Assembly: GCA_963741345.1 (NCBI GenBank)
Contig: CAVUHS010000002.1
Coordinates: forward strand, 260,003-324,002
DNA: 64,000 nt
Origin: an uncultured Bacteroidota bacterium
GTDB lineage: Bacteria > Bacteroidota > Bacteroidia > Chitinophagales > Chitinophagaceae
Reading direction: 5' to 3'
This document shows, in pieces, positions 40,832-51,963 of the stretch; the first letter of the stretch is position 1; the number at the start of each line of letters is the position of its first letter. A program made the position numbers and the translations under genes. Under the pieces are notes generated by a model that was not told the origin of the DNA, ran no database searches, and saw only the letters and a list, made by a program, of their open reading frames with translations.

Positions 40832-41386
40832 AAACAATAGGGGTTAGGGAACAGAAAACAAAATGGAGGGACGGACTTAATTGATTTTATACAGGAAGCA
40901 GAATCGTCAAAGAATCCTCCGTTTCAATACGCTTAAATTCAATCACGTCATTTAGAGGACAACAGGAAGGTAAACAGAACGATCGGGACAATCGGTACAA
41001 GGGATATGGATAAGGGCAGGTTCGTTAAAAACCGGGGATTTAATTAACCCCGATATACTTCAATTCTAATGAACCCGGATATCTTTAAAGCTAAGAAATA
41101 TTATATTAACTGTCAAATTTCATGTTTAAACAATTAATTACTCAGATATAAGATTTACTTTATATAACGAGCATGCATACTCGCTAACTGTTATCTTAAA
41201 GTTAATGAAAATCCCTTGATTTTTGGCCACAAATCTTTCTGAATCAACGGCTTCTACAGCCATTTAAAAAACAGAACGGAATTTATATAAATAACTTTTG
41301 TGACGATATTATAATCTATAGGGTAATTAATATTGATATGAATCAATCTACCCATTCTTACGATTATTAAAATAATAGATTATACA

Positions 41387-42265
41387 TCACCTGCATCGGT
41401 GAAATGGCCTCGTAAGACAGGTAGGCCCGCCCCCGCCCTTAATGCTGATTTCCTCTCCTTTATACACTGTTACTTTGCAACCGGCTTGCTCCAGTGCTTT
41501 TTTCGTCAGAGGATTACCATCAACCATCAAACATTCCCGGGGCGCAAGAGAAAGAACATTGCAGCCCATGGTTTCGAATTCTTCCTCCGGCACTTCCACC
41601 AGTTTATATCCACGGTTAATCAGCAGGTTGCGGAATATGATGGGCATTAAAGGTGAATAAACAACCGCCAGCTTTGAATCAACCGGGCTCAAAATGGACA
41701 TCAGATGGAAAACATCTGCAGGTCCCTTATAGTGAGGAAGGGGAACTGCAATTACTTCAACTCCCAATGGTTGCAAAATGCCAGATAGCTGTCTGATCCC
41801 CTCTTCATTCGTCCGGTAAGTATGACCTGCTGCAAGTGTATACTCATCCAGCCACGCAACATCGCCACCTTCCAGAGTGCCTGGAGATTTGATCGTGGCA
41901 AGTACCGGAATTCCGTTCGCTTCAAATGCTCTCTTCTCCGCTTCAGGTTCATTTCTTCTCCCTTCCTTTCCCATATTGCATATTATCATCCCTTTGTTGG
42001 TCGCTATGGAAGCATCCCTGCAATAAACAGAATCCATATTGACGTTCTGGTCTTCCGGTAAAATATAAATGTCGGCACGCTGGTCCGTCAGAATAGATTG
42101 AAAATTTTCATACTCATCGAACGCTTTTTTGAAATCCGGTTTTTCGAGATAATTTAATGCCTTCCAGTTTTGACAAATGTGAGAATCGTCAATAAATGCC
42201 TGCCGAACAGGTTTTATAAAGACTGATTTTATTTTTCCGGTCTCAGAATGCGCCGTATATATCAT
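41387..42265 (-). CDS. Dimethylarginine dimethylaminohydrolase/amidinotransferase family protein
   Basis: YCRD, LEGGD, FHLMS, GGGPTCLT catalytic Cys. Confidence 0.88.
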   Translation of the reverse strand: MIYTAHSETGKIKSVFIKPVRQAFIDDSHICQNWKALNYLEKPDFKKAFDEYENFQSILTDQRADIYILPEDQNVNMDSVYCRDASIATNKGMIICNMGKEGRRNEPEAEKRAFEANGIPVLATIKSPGTLEGGDVAWLDEYTLAAGHTYRTNEEGIRQLSGILQPLGVEVIAVPLPHYKGPADVFHLMSILSPVDSKLAVVYSPLMPIIFRNLLINRGYKLVEVPEEEFETMGCNVLSLAPRECLMVDGNPLTKKALEQAGCKVTVYKGEEISIKGGGGPTCLTRPFHRCR

Positions 42266-42401
42266 GATTTTTTTTCCAGAAGATCAATTTATATATCCCA
42301 ATTTTCTTTTCTGATCCAGCACTTCCTGCATATTTTCCTATCTGATAGTGAATGTACATTTTATTAAGTGTTCCGAAATCCCGCTATACTTTGAACAAAT
42401 G

Positions 42402-42429
42402 AAAAACCTCCCGGGAAGTCCGGGAGGTT
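42402..42429 (-). terminator. Intrinsic terminator downstream of the ThuA gene
   Basis: AACCTCCCGG-GAAGT-CCGGGAGGTT hairpin with U-tract on the minus strand. Confidence 0.7.
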
Positions 42430-42485
42430 CTAAAATCATTCAAGCTGTGGCACTTGCCCCTTATGCTTCAAGTCTCAGGAGAAAC

Positions 42486-43241
42486 CTATTTTTTACCGGT
42501 AGCAGCCCAGAAAATTCCGGCATACAGGAAATTCATAAAAGAAGGATCCGAAAAGATCATGGGCATATGTCCGAGAGCAGTATAGAATGAGCGGCCACCG
42601 TCATAATTGTGATACCAGGCCACAGGATGCATTTTACCCATCCCTGTCCCTTTTTTATCGGCCCACTGCACCACCGGGTTGTAACTGGTTTCATCAACCG
42701 CCATGATATAATTCAGACCGGATATTTTTTCGTCCCCAAATTCATACCATTCATCCGTCCAAAGCTTATTCCCGGTAAAGCCCTGAAGACCCGGAAAGCT
42801 GGCATCCAAAATATTTATCCTCGCAGTCTGAATAACCGGATGGATATGAAACATTCTGCCAACCAGTTTAGTATACCATTCCCAGTCATACTCAGTATCA
42901 GAAGCGCTGTGAATTCCTACAAAACCTTTCCCCGATTCTATAAAACGTTCCATTACTTTCTGCTGGGCAGTGTCAAAAATATCCCCTGTTGTATTCAAAA
43001 ATATCACAACCTGAAACTGGGATAAATACTTATCGGTAAATCCTTTGGGATCTTCGTATAAGACCGCATCAAAAAAATTTCTCCTGGCCAGGTCCTGGAT
43101 AGCCAGCACACCGGCATGAAGGGACTCGTGATGCCAGCCCCGGGTGGTTGTCACAATCAGTGCCTTAAATTGCTTTTGCTGGGCCTCAACCAAAACGCAG
43201 GAGAAAATTTGTACAAGTATAAAAAGTTTAACTGCTTTCAT
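42486..43241 (-). CDS. ThuA-like domain secreted protein
   Basis: GWHHES, FLNTTGD, GFVGIHSASD, DEWY, GRSFYTALGH. Confidence 0.88.
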   Translation of the reverse strand: MKAVKLFILVQIFSCVLVEAQQKQFKALIVTTTRGWHHESLHAGVLAIQDLARRNFFDAVLYEDPKGFTDKYLSQFQVVIFLNTTGDIFDTAQQKVMERFIESGKGFVGIHSASDTEYDWEWYTKLVGRMFHIHPVIQTARINILDASFPGLQGFTGNKLWTDEWYEFGDEKISGLNYIMAVDETSYNPVVQWADKKGTGMGKMHPVAWYHNYDGGRSFYTALGHMPMIFSDPSFMNFLYAGIFWAATGKK

Positions 43242-43278
43242 TTCATATTGGTTTGTGTGGATGATCCCTGGCCATTTA

Positions 43279-43695
43279 CTAATGCCCGACTTTTATATAC
43301 CCCCAACCTTCCTGTTGTTTTGAAATAATTTCGTAAATACCATCAGGAACCACTTCCACTCCTGGTACCAGTTGGGAGATGTCAATATTATTGCGCTTCA
43401 TTGTCATGGCGCACACTTTAAAAGTCGCTTTTTTATCAGCAATAATTTTCTGAACTGCGGATTGCTGTGTTGACCGGTCCTTTACTGCCAGATCCAATCC
43501 CTGACCATAGATTACAACTTCTAACTTTGCATCTGGACTCGCACCGGTAATAAGACCAATTTCCCGGACAATGGCCTGTTGATTAATCGTATCTCTGCTG
43601 GACATATCAAATACCACTTTATAGTCTTTAACCTGTGCGTGCACGAAAGTAGTAATCAGCATTACGACACTGATTAACAAGAGTGTTTTTTTCAT
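43279..43695 (-). CDS. Secreted DsrE-family protein
   Basis: Signal peptide; YKVVFD, LEVVIYG, FKVCAMTM, QQEGWGYIK. Confidence 0.82.
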   Translation of the reverse strand: MKKTLLLISVVMLITTFVHAQVKDYKVVFDMSSRDTINQQAIVREIGLITGASPDAKLEVVIYGQGLDLAVKDRSTQQSAVQKIIADKKATFKVCAMTMKRNNIDISQLVPGVEVVPDGIYEIISKQQEGWGYIKVGH

Positions 43696-43777
43696 ACTGC
43701 AAGTTTTTAAGGTTTTATGAATGGATTTGGATGGGTTGGCAAAAATAATTACCAGATCAAACAAAATTACAAACTAT

Positions 43778-46237
43778 TTAATTTTTTACCCGGTTTAATT
43801 CCTCCTCGGCACCCGTTGATCGTTGTCTTTTCTCTTTCAGGGCGTGGTTTCCAAAATTGTGGGTGTATGTGATCTTGTAGGATACCAGTCTGAAATTAAA
43901 ATTCCTGCCGGCGATGGCGTTTGAAAATGGCAAATTCTCAACAAAACTATAATTACTCCCTGAATTGAACACGTCGTTCGCCGCAAACCGTAAGACATCC
44001 TTCCCATTCGCCATTTTTTTCTGGATTCCTCCACCCAGCTGGTATAACGCCTCCCGTTTCGCAGTCCCCACGTAACTTGGAGAAGAATACATACCCGTCA
44101 ACTCAATAGTGAAATCCCTGGGCAAAGTAAACCGCTGTATCGAATTAACCGTAAAATCAAAATTCTGCAGTTGGACCGCTATTTTCCCAGAGGCAGTATT
44201 AATCTGCCTCCAGTCTCCAATAAAATTGTTCTGCATGCTCCACCATTTATTTACCATCAAAGGAACTGAAATGGATGCGGTCAGGTACTGCTGGTATGCA
44301 AAGTTTCTGGCAGAAAGATAAACGATGTTGCTTACCGTATCAATAGTCCTCACCTGAAAATAAAAATTGTCAATAGTATTTACTTCATGTGTATAGATCA
44401 AAGTGAAATTATAATTTCGGAAACCATAACTCAACTGTAGCGCATTGGCGATCGCCGGTACCAATGCAGGATTTCCCGAATAATAAGTCTTAGGATCGAA
44501 AAAAATAGTGAAGGGAGCCAGGTCGGTAAATGCCGGGCGGGTAATTCTCCTGCTATATGAGAAACTGATATTATTTGATTCGTTTATTCTTTTCGATATG
44601 TATAATGTCGGAAATAATTCCCCGTATTTTCTGTGAAGGATATGGGATATTTTTGTTGTACCCAGGTCTGATATGGTGTATTCATATCTCAAACCGGCTG
44701 TCAGGGTTATGTTTGTATTTAGATTTATTGTAAATGAAGAATAAGCCGCTCCTATATTCTCCTGTAGCAAATACTTCGCTGAAAGGTTGGTATCAGTAAT
44801 ATTTGAGCCGCCGGATAAATAATTCACGCTCACATCATTGGTGAAATCTGATAAAGATAATTTCACACCTGCCTCCATTGTGATTTTCTTTGCCAGGCGG
44901 GTTGTGTAGTCAGTGGATAAAACACTGATATGTATCGGCGTAATTTTTTCACCCTTGGAATCCTGATGGTACAGAAAATCCTTCGAATGGTTGTAGTAGT
45001 CTGTTGAATAGCTATTTGGATTATTGTCTTTGTAATAAATATAATTGGCGTCGAAATAAAACACTTTGCCAGGCTTGAAAGTATGCTGAAAATTCAGGTT
45101 GGCAGATAAATTCTGCCAGAGATTCAACTCGGGATCATCAACTGAAATAATAGTCGTATCAATCGTATTATTCTGAGTGATGGTCGCACCGTTTCTGGCA
45201 GTCATCGTCCAGCGGCTTATATACCCGCTTAATATAACGCCGAGTATAGTTGAACGATTGATCTGATAATCCATCCCAAGACGGGCATTCTGAATGGTTC
45301 TTACTGCATCCCTTTCTGAGAAAGAGTTATTAGTAATTAAATTTCCGGCCCGGATATATTGCGAAAAGGCCGTACTGGGCTGAAGGGTGTGTTCATAGTT
45401 GAGGGAATAGTCACCATAAAAATTTATTTTGACGCTCCTGAAATTAAAATTGAATCCAGCCGTGCCCAGTGGCCGGTCACCGAATCCGGCAGTAAGAAAA
45501 TATGAACCGTTTAATCCTTCGTAAGGATTGTTTATCAGTACAATATTAATATACCCTCCATTACCACCCGCATCATATTTAGATGGCGGTGTTGTGATCA
45601 ACTCAATTTTCTCTATGTTCCCCGCACTGATTCCTGAAAGTAACTGCACCAGGGCATCCTGAGGCATATAGGTCATTTTCCCATTTAACATAACACCTAC
45701 ACCATCCTTTCCGTTTAAGGCAATACTGTTGCTCTGCCTGTTAACAGTAACACCGGGCGACTTTTCCAGGACTTCCAGGGCGGTACCCCCCGCATTGGTG
45801 ATGCTGCTTTTTACGTTAATGATTGTCCTGTCAATCTTTTGTTCAAACATTGGCTTTTTACCGGTGACCGTCACCTGGTTTAATAGTTTTTTCGAAACTT
45901 CGATGTATACAATGCCCAGATCCCTTTCATCTTTTTCATTTAATATTTCAATTTCCCTTGTAAACACTGTCTCCATTCCAGACAGTGAAGCAGTAACCAG
46001 GTATTTGCCCCTGCCAATTTTTTCAAATAAATATTTACCCAGTGAATCGGACATCGTTGCTTTTACCAATGAAGAATCAGTTGATCTTAACAACAATACA
46101 TTGGCATATTGAACAGGTCCATTGGAATCCTTTACTGTTCCAAAAATGATTCCATCCTGCGCAGATGCCTGAGTAGACAATCCGGTGCAGAATAAGAACA
46201 ACATATAGACTCGTAGAATATTGAATAAATTCCGCAT
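43778..46237 (-). CDS. TonB-dependent receptor-like outer-membrane beta-barrel protein
   Basis: CarboxypepD-like N-terminus; plug LEKSPGV, IELITTPPSKYDA, GYINIV; YSRRITRP. Confidence 0.85.
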   Translation of the reverse strand: MRNLFNILRVYMLFLFCTGLSTQASAQDGIIFGTVKDSNGPVQYANVLLLRSTDSSLVKATMSDSLGKYLFEKIGRGKYLVTASLSGMETVFTREIEILNEKDERDLGIVYIEVSKKLLNQVTVTGKKPMFEQKIDRTIINVKSSITNAGGTALEVLEKSPGVTVNRQSNSIALNGKDGVGVMLNGKMTYMPQDALVQLLSGISAGNIEKIELITTPPSKYDAGGNGGYINIVLINNPYEGLNGSYFLTAGFGDRPLGTAGFNFNFRSVKINFYGDYSLNYEHTLQPSTAFSQYIRAGNLITNNSFSERDAVRTIQNARLGMDYQINRSTILGVILSGYISRWTMTARNGATITQNNTIDTTIISVDDPELNLWQNLSANLNFQHTFKPGKVFYFDANYIYYKDNNPNSYSTDYYNHSKDFLYHQDSKGEKITPIHISVLSTDYTTRLAKKITMEAGVKLSLSDFTNDVSVNYLSGGSNITDTNLSAKYLLQENIGAAYSSFTINLNTNITLTAGLRYEYTISDLGTTKISHILHRKYGELFPTLYISKRINESNNISFSYSRRITRPAFTDLAPFTIFFDPKTYYSGNPALVPAIANALQLSYGFRNYNFTLIYTHEVNTIDNFYFQVRTIDTVSNIVYLSARNFAYQQYLTASISVPLMVNKWWSMQNNFIGDWRQINTASGKIAVQLQNFDFTVNSIQRFTLPRDFTIELTGMYSSPSYVGTAKREALYQLGGGIQKKMANGKDVLRFAANDVFNSGSNYSFVENLPFSNAIAGRNFNFRLVSYKITYTHNFGNHALKEKRQRSTGAEEELNRVKN

Positions 46238-46475
46238 AATTAGCCTGCCCGGCAATTAAAACCGGCCGCAAAGTAGAAAAATGACTCACTCTATATGAAC
46301 GGAATTTCCTAACGGTCACTATCTCTATACTACCGGAAACATCGCTGATAGCGGATTTCAGTCCGGATAGCCCGGCAAAAAATCATAAAAACTATTAGGT
46401 AATGTTGGAAAACAAATTACTGACGGGCCATATTATGGGAGAAGAGTATCAATGAGAACAAGTGTTTTCTTCAAT

Positions 46476-47093
46476 TCATTTAAGCCGTCTCCTGAAACTG
46501 CAAAACAAAAAATTTTGTATTGTGCCAAACGGCGTAAGATGATTTTCATAAATACAACGCATTTTGTCAAATCCATTTCGCATTATTTCAGTTAATGTTT
46601 CTTCGCTGTATCGGTTAATGGATAATCCGCTGCATTTTTCGGGGCCGTTTTCAGAAAAGGTTCCAATAACCAGAAATCCCGATACAAATTCTCTTGCAGT
46701 ATCCAGATATTTCGTGATTTGTTCGCTACTGGTAAGAAAATGGAAAGTTGCCCTGTCATGCCAGCAATCAAAGATAGTGTCAGGTTGAAATGTTGCAATA
46801 TCGCTGACAACCCAGTTCACCTTTTTAGCCTTCATGCCCAATCGTATTTTGGTCTTTTCAAGGGCTTTCGACGAAATATCAAGTACAGTAATATTTTCAA
46901 ATCCTTCATCAAGCAGATAGTCCACCAGTCTGCTCTCGCCTCCACCGATATCTATTATTTTTGCATTCTTTGCCAGGCCAAGGGAATTAATAAAATCCAT
47001 CGATGTCTGTGGCACTAATTCAGTCCAGCTTACCTGGTTCGGCTGTTTAGTTTCGTAAACATGATCCCAATGATATTTTGGATCTTTATCCAT
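46476..47093 (-). CDS. Class I SAM-dependent methyltransferase
   Basis: IIDIGGGES, WHDRATFHFL, GPEKCSGL. Confidence 0.88.
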   Translation of the reverse strand: MDKDPKYHWDHVYETKQPNQVSWTELVPQTSMDFINSLGLAKNAKIIDIGGGESRLVDYLLDEGFENITVLDISSKALEKTKIRLGMKAKKVNWVVSDIATFQPDTIFDCWHDRATFHFLTSSEQITKYLDTAREFVSGFLVIGTFSENGPEKCSGLSINRYSEETLTEIMRNGFDKMRCIYENHLTPFGTIQNFLFCSFRRRLK

Positions 47094-47130
47094 CCTGATT
47101 TTTATTGACCGTCTGTAATATTATGTGCAG

Positions 47131-48687
47131 TTATTGCAGTACCGGTGGTTTCCGTTCGCCTATCCTGGTTGCCTGTTCAAAGGCAAATCCCATTTGCAAA
47201 ACACTCAGATCAGCATTGTGCCTGCCTACAATCTGGATACCAATCGGCAATCCCGTTTTTGAAAAAGAGCAAGGCACGGATAAAGCAGGATTACCAACCA
47301 TTGAAATATAATAAGCTGATCTCATCCAGTCGATATAAGTCAGCATTTTTACACCGTTAATTTCTGTCGGGTAAGGAATATTTACATTAAAGGGCAAGAC
47401 CTGGCTGACCGGCAGCATAAGAAATTCATATTTTTCCAGAAACTGCTGAAAGCGTCTGTATAAGGCCGAGCGCCTGATTTCAAGCCGGGCAAGATATGGA
47501 CCGGTCAATTTTCTGCCTTCGGCAATATGCCATTTGGCATAGGCATTCATTTTGTCACTGTTTCCATCCAGCAGATCACCATATTGTGCTTCCATCTGCC
47601 AGTGACGAAAGTTGACAAAGCATTCGTTGGCGTCTGCCATGTCGGGTTCATTCTCTTCTACAATGCAACCCAGGGATTCAAATACTTTTTTTTGAGAATC
47701 TACGGCATCCTTTACTTCCTTTTCCCAGGGCAAACCGAGGTCCCTGATAAAGGCCACTTTTACATCTTTAAAATTTCGTGAAAGGGGCTTAAGAAATTCC
47801 TGCGGGTTTTCCATAATTGATATCGGAGAGCGGGTATCGGCTCCGGCCTGCACACTTAGCAGGAATGCGCAGTCTGAAACGTTTCTTGCCATGGGGCCCT
47901 GAACCCCCAATTCCTGCCAGGCAAGTTTGGAACCAACAATAGGCACCCTTCCTGGTGAAGGCCTTAATCCCACTACATTACAAAAACTCGCCGGGTTTCG
48001 AAGGGAGCCGCCCATATCACTGCCATCCGCGAGCGGCGTCATCCCGCAGGCCAAGGCAACCGCACCGCCCCCGGTACTTCCGCCGCAGGTTTTGGAAACA
48101 TCATAAGGATTTAATGTCGGACCGAAAAGTGGATTAAAGGTCTGGGATCCCAATCCCAGTTCGGGCACATTGGATTTACCCATAACGATAACACCTGCTT
48201 TCTTTTCCCTTTCCACTATAAGCGCATCCTGAGACGGAATAAATTCTTTCCACATCGGAGAACCATAGGTGGTTCTGATACCCTTGGTCTCGGTAAGATC
48301 TTTGACAAGAAAAGGCAATCCATGCATGGGACCTGTCAGATTTCCCTTTGCCATCCATTCATCGGCTTCTAACGCCTTCGCCAGGAGCTCATCTTCGGGC
48401 ACTAAAGTGATAATCGCATTTACCTTACTATTTACTTTGGCTATCTGTTTTAAATGTGCCTGCATCAATTCACGCGCTGATATTTTTTTAGAACGTATCA
48501 ATACCGACATTTCTATTGCACTCAAAAAGCAGATATCCGTTTCTGAACCGGGAATATTGACTGCGACGGTTTTAAACCTGCCGGAAGAATTCTTAGCGGA
48601 TATAATGTCGGGTAACACCATATTCGACAGGACGGCCAGTGATCCTATCTTGATCAGATGCCTGCGGTTGATCTTATTTTCAGCCAT
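47131..48687 (-). CDS. Amidase signature family enzyme with Tat signal
   Basis: NRRHLIK; VKDL, GGSTGG, GSDMGGSLRNPA. Confidence 0.9.
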   Translation of the reverse strand: MAENKINRRHLIKIGSLAVLSNMVLPDIISAKNSSGRFKTVAVNIPGSETDICFLSAIEMSVLIRSKKISARELMQAHLKQIAKVNSKVNAIITLVPEDELLAKALEADEWMAKGNLTGPMHGLPFLVKDLTETKGIRTTYGSPMWKEFIPSQDALIVEREKKAGVIVMGKSNVPELGLGSQTFNPLFGPTLNPYDVSKTCGGSTGGGAVALACGMTPLADGSDMGGSLRNPASFCNVVGLRPSPGRVPIVGSKLAWQELGVQGPMARNVSDCAFLLSVQAGADTRSPISIMENPQEFLKPLSRNFKDVKVAFIRDLGLPWEKEVKDAVDSQKKVFESLGCIVEENEPDMADANECFVNFRHWQMEAQYGDLLDGNSDKMNAYAKWHIAEGRKLTGPYLARLEIRRSALYRRFQQFLEKYEFLMLPVSQVLPFNVNIPYPTEINGVKMLTYIDWMRSAYYISMVGNPALSVPCSFSKTGLPIGIQIVGRHNADLSVLQMGFAFEQATRIGERKPPVLQ

Positions 48688-48812
48688 AAAACCCACACTT
48701 TTTTTCTGTCAGATAATTAATATTCTGAGAAAGTAAATAAAGCGACAAAGCGTAAGCTCGCTAAATATGCACTGACAACAAATATAAATTAGGCTGACGA
48801 ACTGCAGGCAGG

Positions 48813-49328
48813 TTATTTTTTGAAGTAAAATCCAAGCTCGGTATCAATATTCATCATATCAATACGTTCTGGTTCTTTGCCGGGATCAAAGAGATAAATA
48901 CCGCATATATCATTAACAGCATTCAGATCGACGACGCGGTTACGGCTATCAGTCCTGATAAAATTGATCCAACGGGCTTTTGAGACATCGACGACATTTA
49001 TATTTTGCCAATCCCTTTGTATGAGAAGTCTTGCATTCCTCATTTGATAAAAACAATCATGCATGAGGCTTTCAAAAATCATCTTCTCATTCACTTCTTT
49101 AACTTTTATCAGCTGGAGTGAATCGGGAAGATAAAACACTGCCGAACGGGACCTGATAATTACCGTGTCATTATAATTGGAGGGCGGTTTTTTCCGGTTA
49201 TCTTTTTTCAGACCAGCCAAACTATCTGTCACGTGATTATTCGTTACAGGACTTTGGCGCCCGGTACAGGAAAATAATGTCGTGACCATCATAATAACCA
49301 TTAATATGCCACCTAAGAAGAGACGCAC
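48813..49328 (-). CDS. Hypothetical lipoprotein
   Basis: Lipobox FSC. Confidence 0.6.
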   Translation of the reverse strand: MRLFLGGILMVIMMVTTLFSCTGRQSPVTNNHVTDSLAGLKKDNRKKPPSNYNDTVIIRSRSAVFYLPDSLQLIKVKEVNEKMIFESLMHDCFYQMRNARLLIQRDWQNINVVDVSKARWINFIRTDSRNRVVDLNAVNDICGIYLFDPGKEPERIDMMNIDTELGFYFKK

Positions 49329-49505
49329 TTTTATTATAGTTTCGTTACGTCAAAATAGTGATTACAGATTTCGGGATTCTGCAAAAATTCCTTCTACATT
49401 TATTTGGTAAAGATAGTAGATCAGAAAAAACCCCCGAGTATTTTGAATCAGGGGTTGTTGGTTAGTATTTGCGGACTCATCCGCTATTAGCTGCATGCTT
49501 TCATT

Positions 49506-50499
49506 CTAATAGTTCCACAATTTAGTTATGTTAAACCCGATTAGCCACTGTCCTCCTTTAACAGACTGTCCGGTTGCCTTATCTGTATAGTTAAAGGGAC
49601 TATTGCTATTGTAAAGATTATTATACTGGGGATTTAACCAGGCGTAATTGGTCACAAACATCTGGAAACAGTGACCACTGGTACTGAACTCTACACCAAA
49701 AGCCAGATTCGGACTCGGATTATAAGATGGATGGGATGTTAATGGCTGATCATAATCTATAAGCAGCGCGGTTACATCAGTGATCCGGTACCGGGCGGCC
49801 ACGGATATGGCAAAATGATTATTGTACATGGACTGGTATGTATCAGTACCTGTGCTGTCGTTCTTGGTATAGTATCCACCGACGGCATTCTGGTGTGACA
49901 AACTACCGGCCACCTGCACTGAAAATTTATCGTTGATTTTTCTGGCAACGATTATCTGGGAAAAAAAGCTGACCCGGTCGCTGGTATGCTGGATTTCACT
50001 GCCATCATAAAGCGTTGCACCATCCTTCGTATTCACCGCAACGTCTCCAAAAAAAGTTACACTTACCGGGTATTTGTCCCGGAGTCTGGGTGATGATGGC
50101 GTATTTCGCACTACCATCCCAAAGTAAATCGGTTTTGGTAATCCCGATGCCCAGACTCAGGTTTTTGATCGGGCTGTAGCTGGCCCCGATGCGGATATTA
50201 AAGGAAGGTGAAAAAAGCCCAAACATATCCTGGTAACCATTGCCCAATACGCCAAACCGATGCTGGAAGTCCAGTTCCAATGTGCCTTTAACGGGAACCA
50301 TCACGGTTTGATTATCGATAATCCACTGACTCTGGAAAGTATTCTTTACCGGCCTCGGTTTCGAAACAGCCTGAGTTGTACTGGCGGACGCAGTGCTGTC
50401 GTTTTGTGCCTGTGCAGCAACATGCAGAAGAAGCAGTCCCATGCTGAAGCCGATTATGGTTGTCAGCCTGCATAGCTTCCTGGTATAATTAATTTTCAT
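49506..50499 (-). CDS. DUF5777-family beta-barrel, +1 frameshift near 50076
   Basis: ORFs 50005-50499 and 49506-50117 join as TQTPG-KYPVSVT; paralog of 24155-25084 (QIIVARKINDK, STSGH.FQ, GFNITKLW). Confidence 0.8.
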
Positions 50500-50520
50500 T
50501 GATTATTTTTTTAAAATCAC

Positions 50521-50904
50521 TTAATTATTTGGCGCACCGTTTCTTATCCAGTCATACACTTTCTGTCTGTCTGAAGCAGAAGGAATGAATTCTTTCATGT
50601 CGCTATTGATCATGATATACAAAATACTCTGCTTGGGAACCACTGTATTCACGAATCCTCCGTTGATGATTTCATTGTAGGAAATGTCTGTATTCATATA
50701 TGGATGATGGCCTCCGCTCACATGGCAGCCAGATTTCGCACAATCTGTATTAAAAAGAGGCGCTAAATCAGTACCATAATTCACTGCCTGGGGAGGACCT
50801 TCCGGATTTGCGACTGATGGCGGAATATTTATATCCTTGTAACATCCGGTGAAAATAAAACCCATGGCGAAGAGAAGACCGGCATATATTATTAGTCGTT
50901 TCAT
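50521..50904 (-). CDS. Lipoprotein cytochrome c with CX4CH motif
   Basis: Lipobox TGC; CAKSGCHVSGG; WIRNGAPNN; paralog of 25095-25496. Confidence 0.75.
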   Translation of the reverse strand: MKRLIIYAGLLFAMGFIFTGCYKDINIPPSVANPEGPPQAVNYGTDLAPLFNTDCAKSGCHVSGGHHPYMNTDISYNEIINGGFVNTVVPKQSILYIMINSDMKEFIPSASDRQKVYDWIRNGAPNN

Positions 50905-50924
50905 TATTACTTCTTTTAGGGTGA

Positions 50925-51722
50925 TTATTTATTGTTATAATTCATGTTACACTCAATATCAATCTTATCCGAAATACTGGTACTGGTGACTCCGAAGTCT
51001 CGGCAATTGAACTGGAAGGTTAGTTGTAATCCGAACACGCTGTAAGGAGCAGTCGTTCCAGCGCCCACAACCGCCTTCTTGATATACTTCATTCTGCCCA
51101 CAATTGACTGGGTTAAAGGAGCATTCAACAGGCCTTTCCATGTCAGATTGAATGTTACGATATAGTCCTGGCTCTGGGTGTCAAATTCTACTTTGGTGGA
51201 TTGAATTCTTGCAATATTGGTATCAGTCAGGTTTTGTATGCCCTTAATGATTTTTATGGTTCCGAGATTTGGAATGTTACATCCGGTATCTCTTCCCGGC
51301 TCACCGGTATTTGAAGTATTAATCTGGACATATCCATTAATATAAGTTTTAGACGGATCATTTTCATAAAATGCCCAGGAAGAATCTAACAGGGGCTGTC
51401 CGGTGGTAGTATACATCACCCGCTTAGCATCTGTTACATCGTGCATACCAAATTGATTAAAGCGTCCGGTCAATAGCCCGGCTGCGCCAATATAACTACC
51501 TGACCACAATACACTGGAGTGAACTTTATCCAGTTTCCATTGTGTTGTATCACCTTTTGTCATAGATCCAGGCAGAAGGACATCTGTTCCATGTACGATT
51601 ACCGGTGTAGTCGTTGCCGGAGCTGGTGGTGGCAGATTTTCATGCGTGCAACCAACCACATACCCATATCCACTGATAAGAACAAGTATTACAAGAAGGG
51701 TATTATTGCTAAATAGTTTCAT
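50925..51722 (-). CDS. YceI-family lipoprotein
   Basis: Lipobox VGC; WKLDKVHSSV, GRFNQF, NTGEPGRD, FNCRDFGV. Confidence 0.78.
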   Translation of the reverse strand: MKLFSNNTLLVILVLISGYGYVVGCTHENLPPPAPATTTPVIVHGTDVLLPGSMTKGDTTQWKLDKVHSSVLWSGSYIGAAGLLTGRFNQFGMHDVTDAKRVMYTTTGQPLLDSSWAFYENDPSKTYINGYVQINTSNTGEPGRDTGCNIPNLGTIKIIKGIQNLTDTNIARIQSTKVEFDTQSQDYIVTFNLTWKGLLNAPLTQSIVGRMKYIKKAVVGAGTTAPYSVFGLQLTFQFNCRDFGVTSTSISDKIDIECNMNYNNK

Positions 51723-51764
51723 AAAAAACTTTTTAAGGAGAAAAAATAAATGACTAACCGGGGA

Positions 51765-51830
51765 CAAAACTATTTAAGGACGCAACAGCGAATGATGACT
51801 TATATCATAATTAACCGTGACTTTCGTCAC
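51765..51830 (-). promoter_or_regulatory. -7 element plus tandem FNR-like boxes
   Basis: TAGTTTTG at 51765-51772; ATGAC-N4-ATCAT at 51795-51808; GTGAC-N4-GTCAC at 51817-51830. Confidence 0.65.
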
Positions 51831-51963
51831 ACATGCGGGCATAACAGTGACAATCGCTTCTATTTAGAAAACAAAAGTTGATGGGAGTCAACTATAGACC
51901 GGTGGCGTTACTTTGTTTTTTGTAGTTTGAGAAAGTAGGTAGTAAGAAATAATCAGAATTCAG

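Noticed and set aside
42284-42331. Short minus-strand ORF MQEVLDQKRKLGYIN before the DDAH-like gene
   Set aside because: Could be a gene remnant, but too short to support any call
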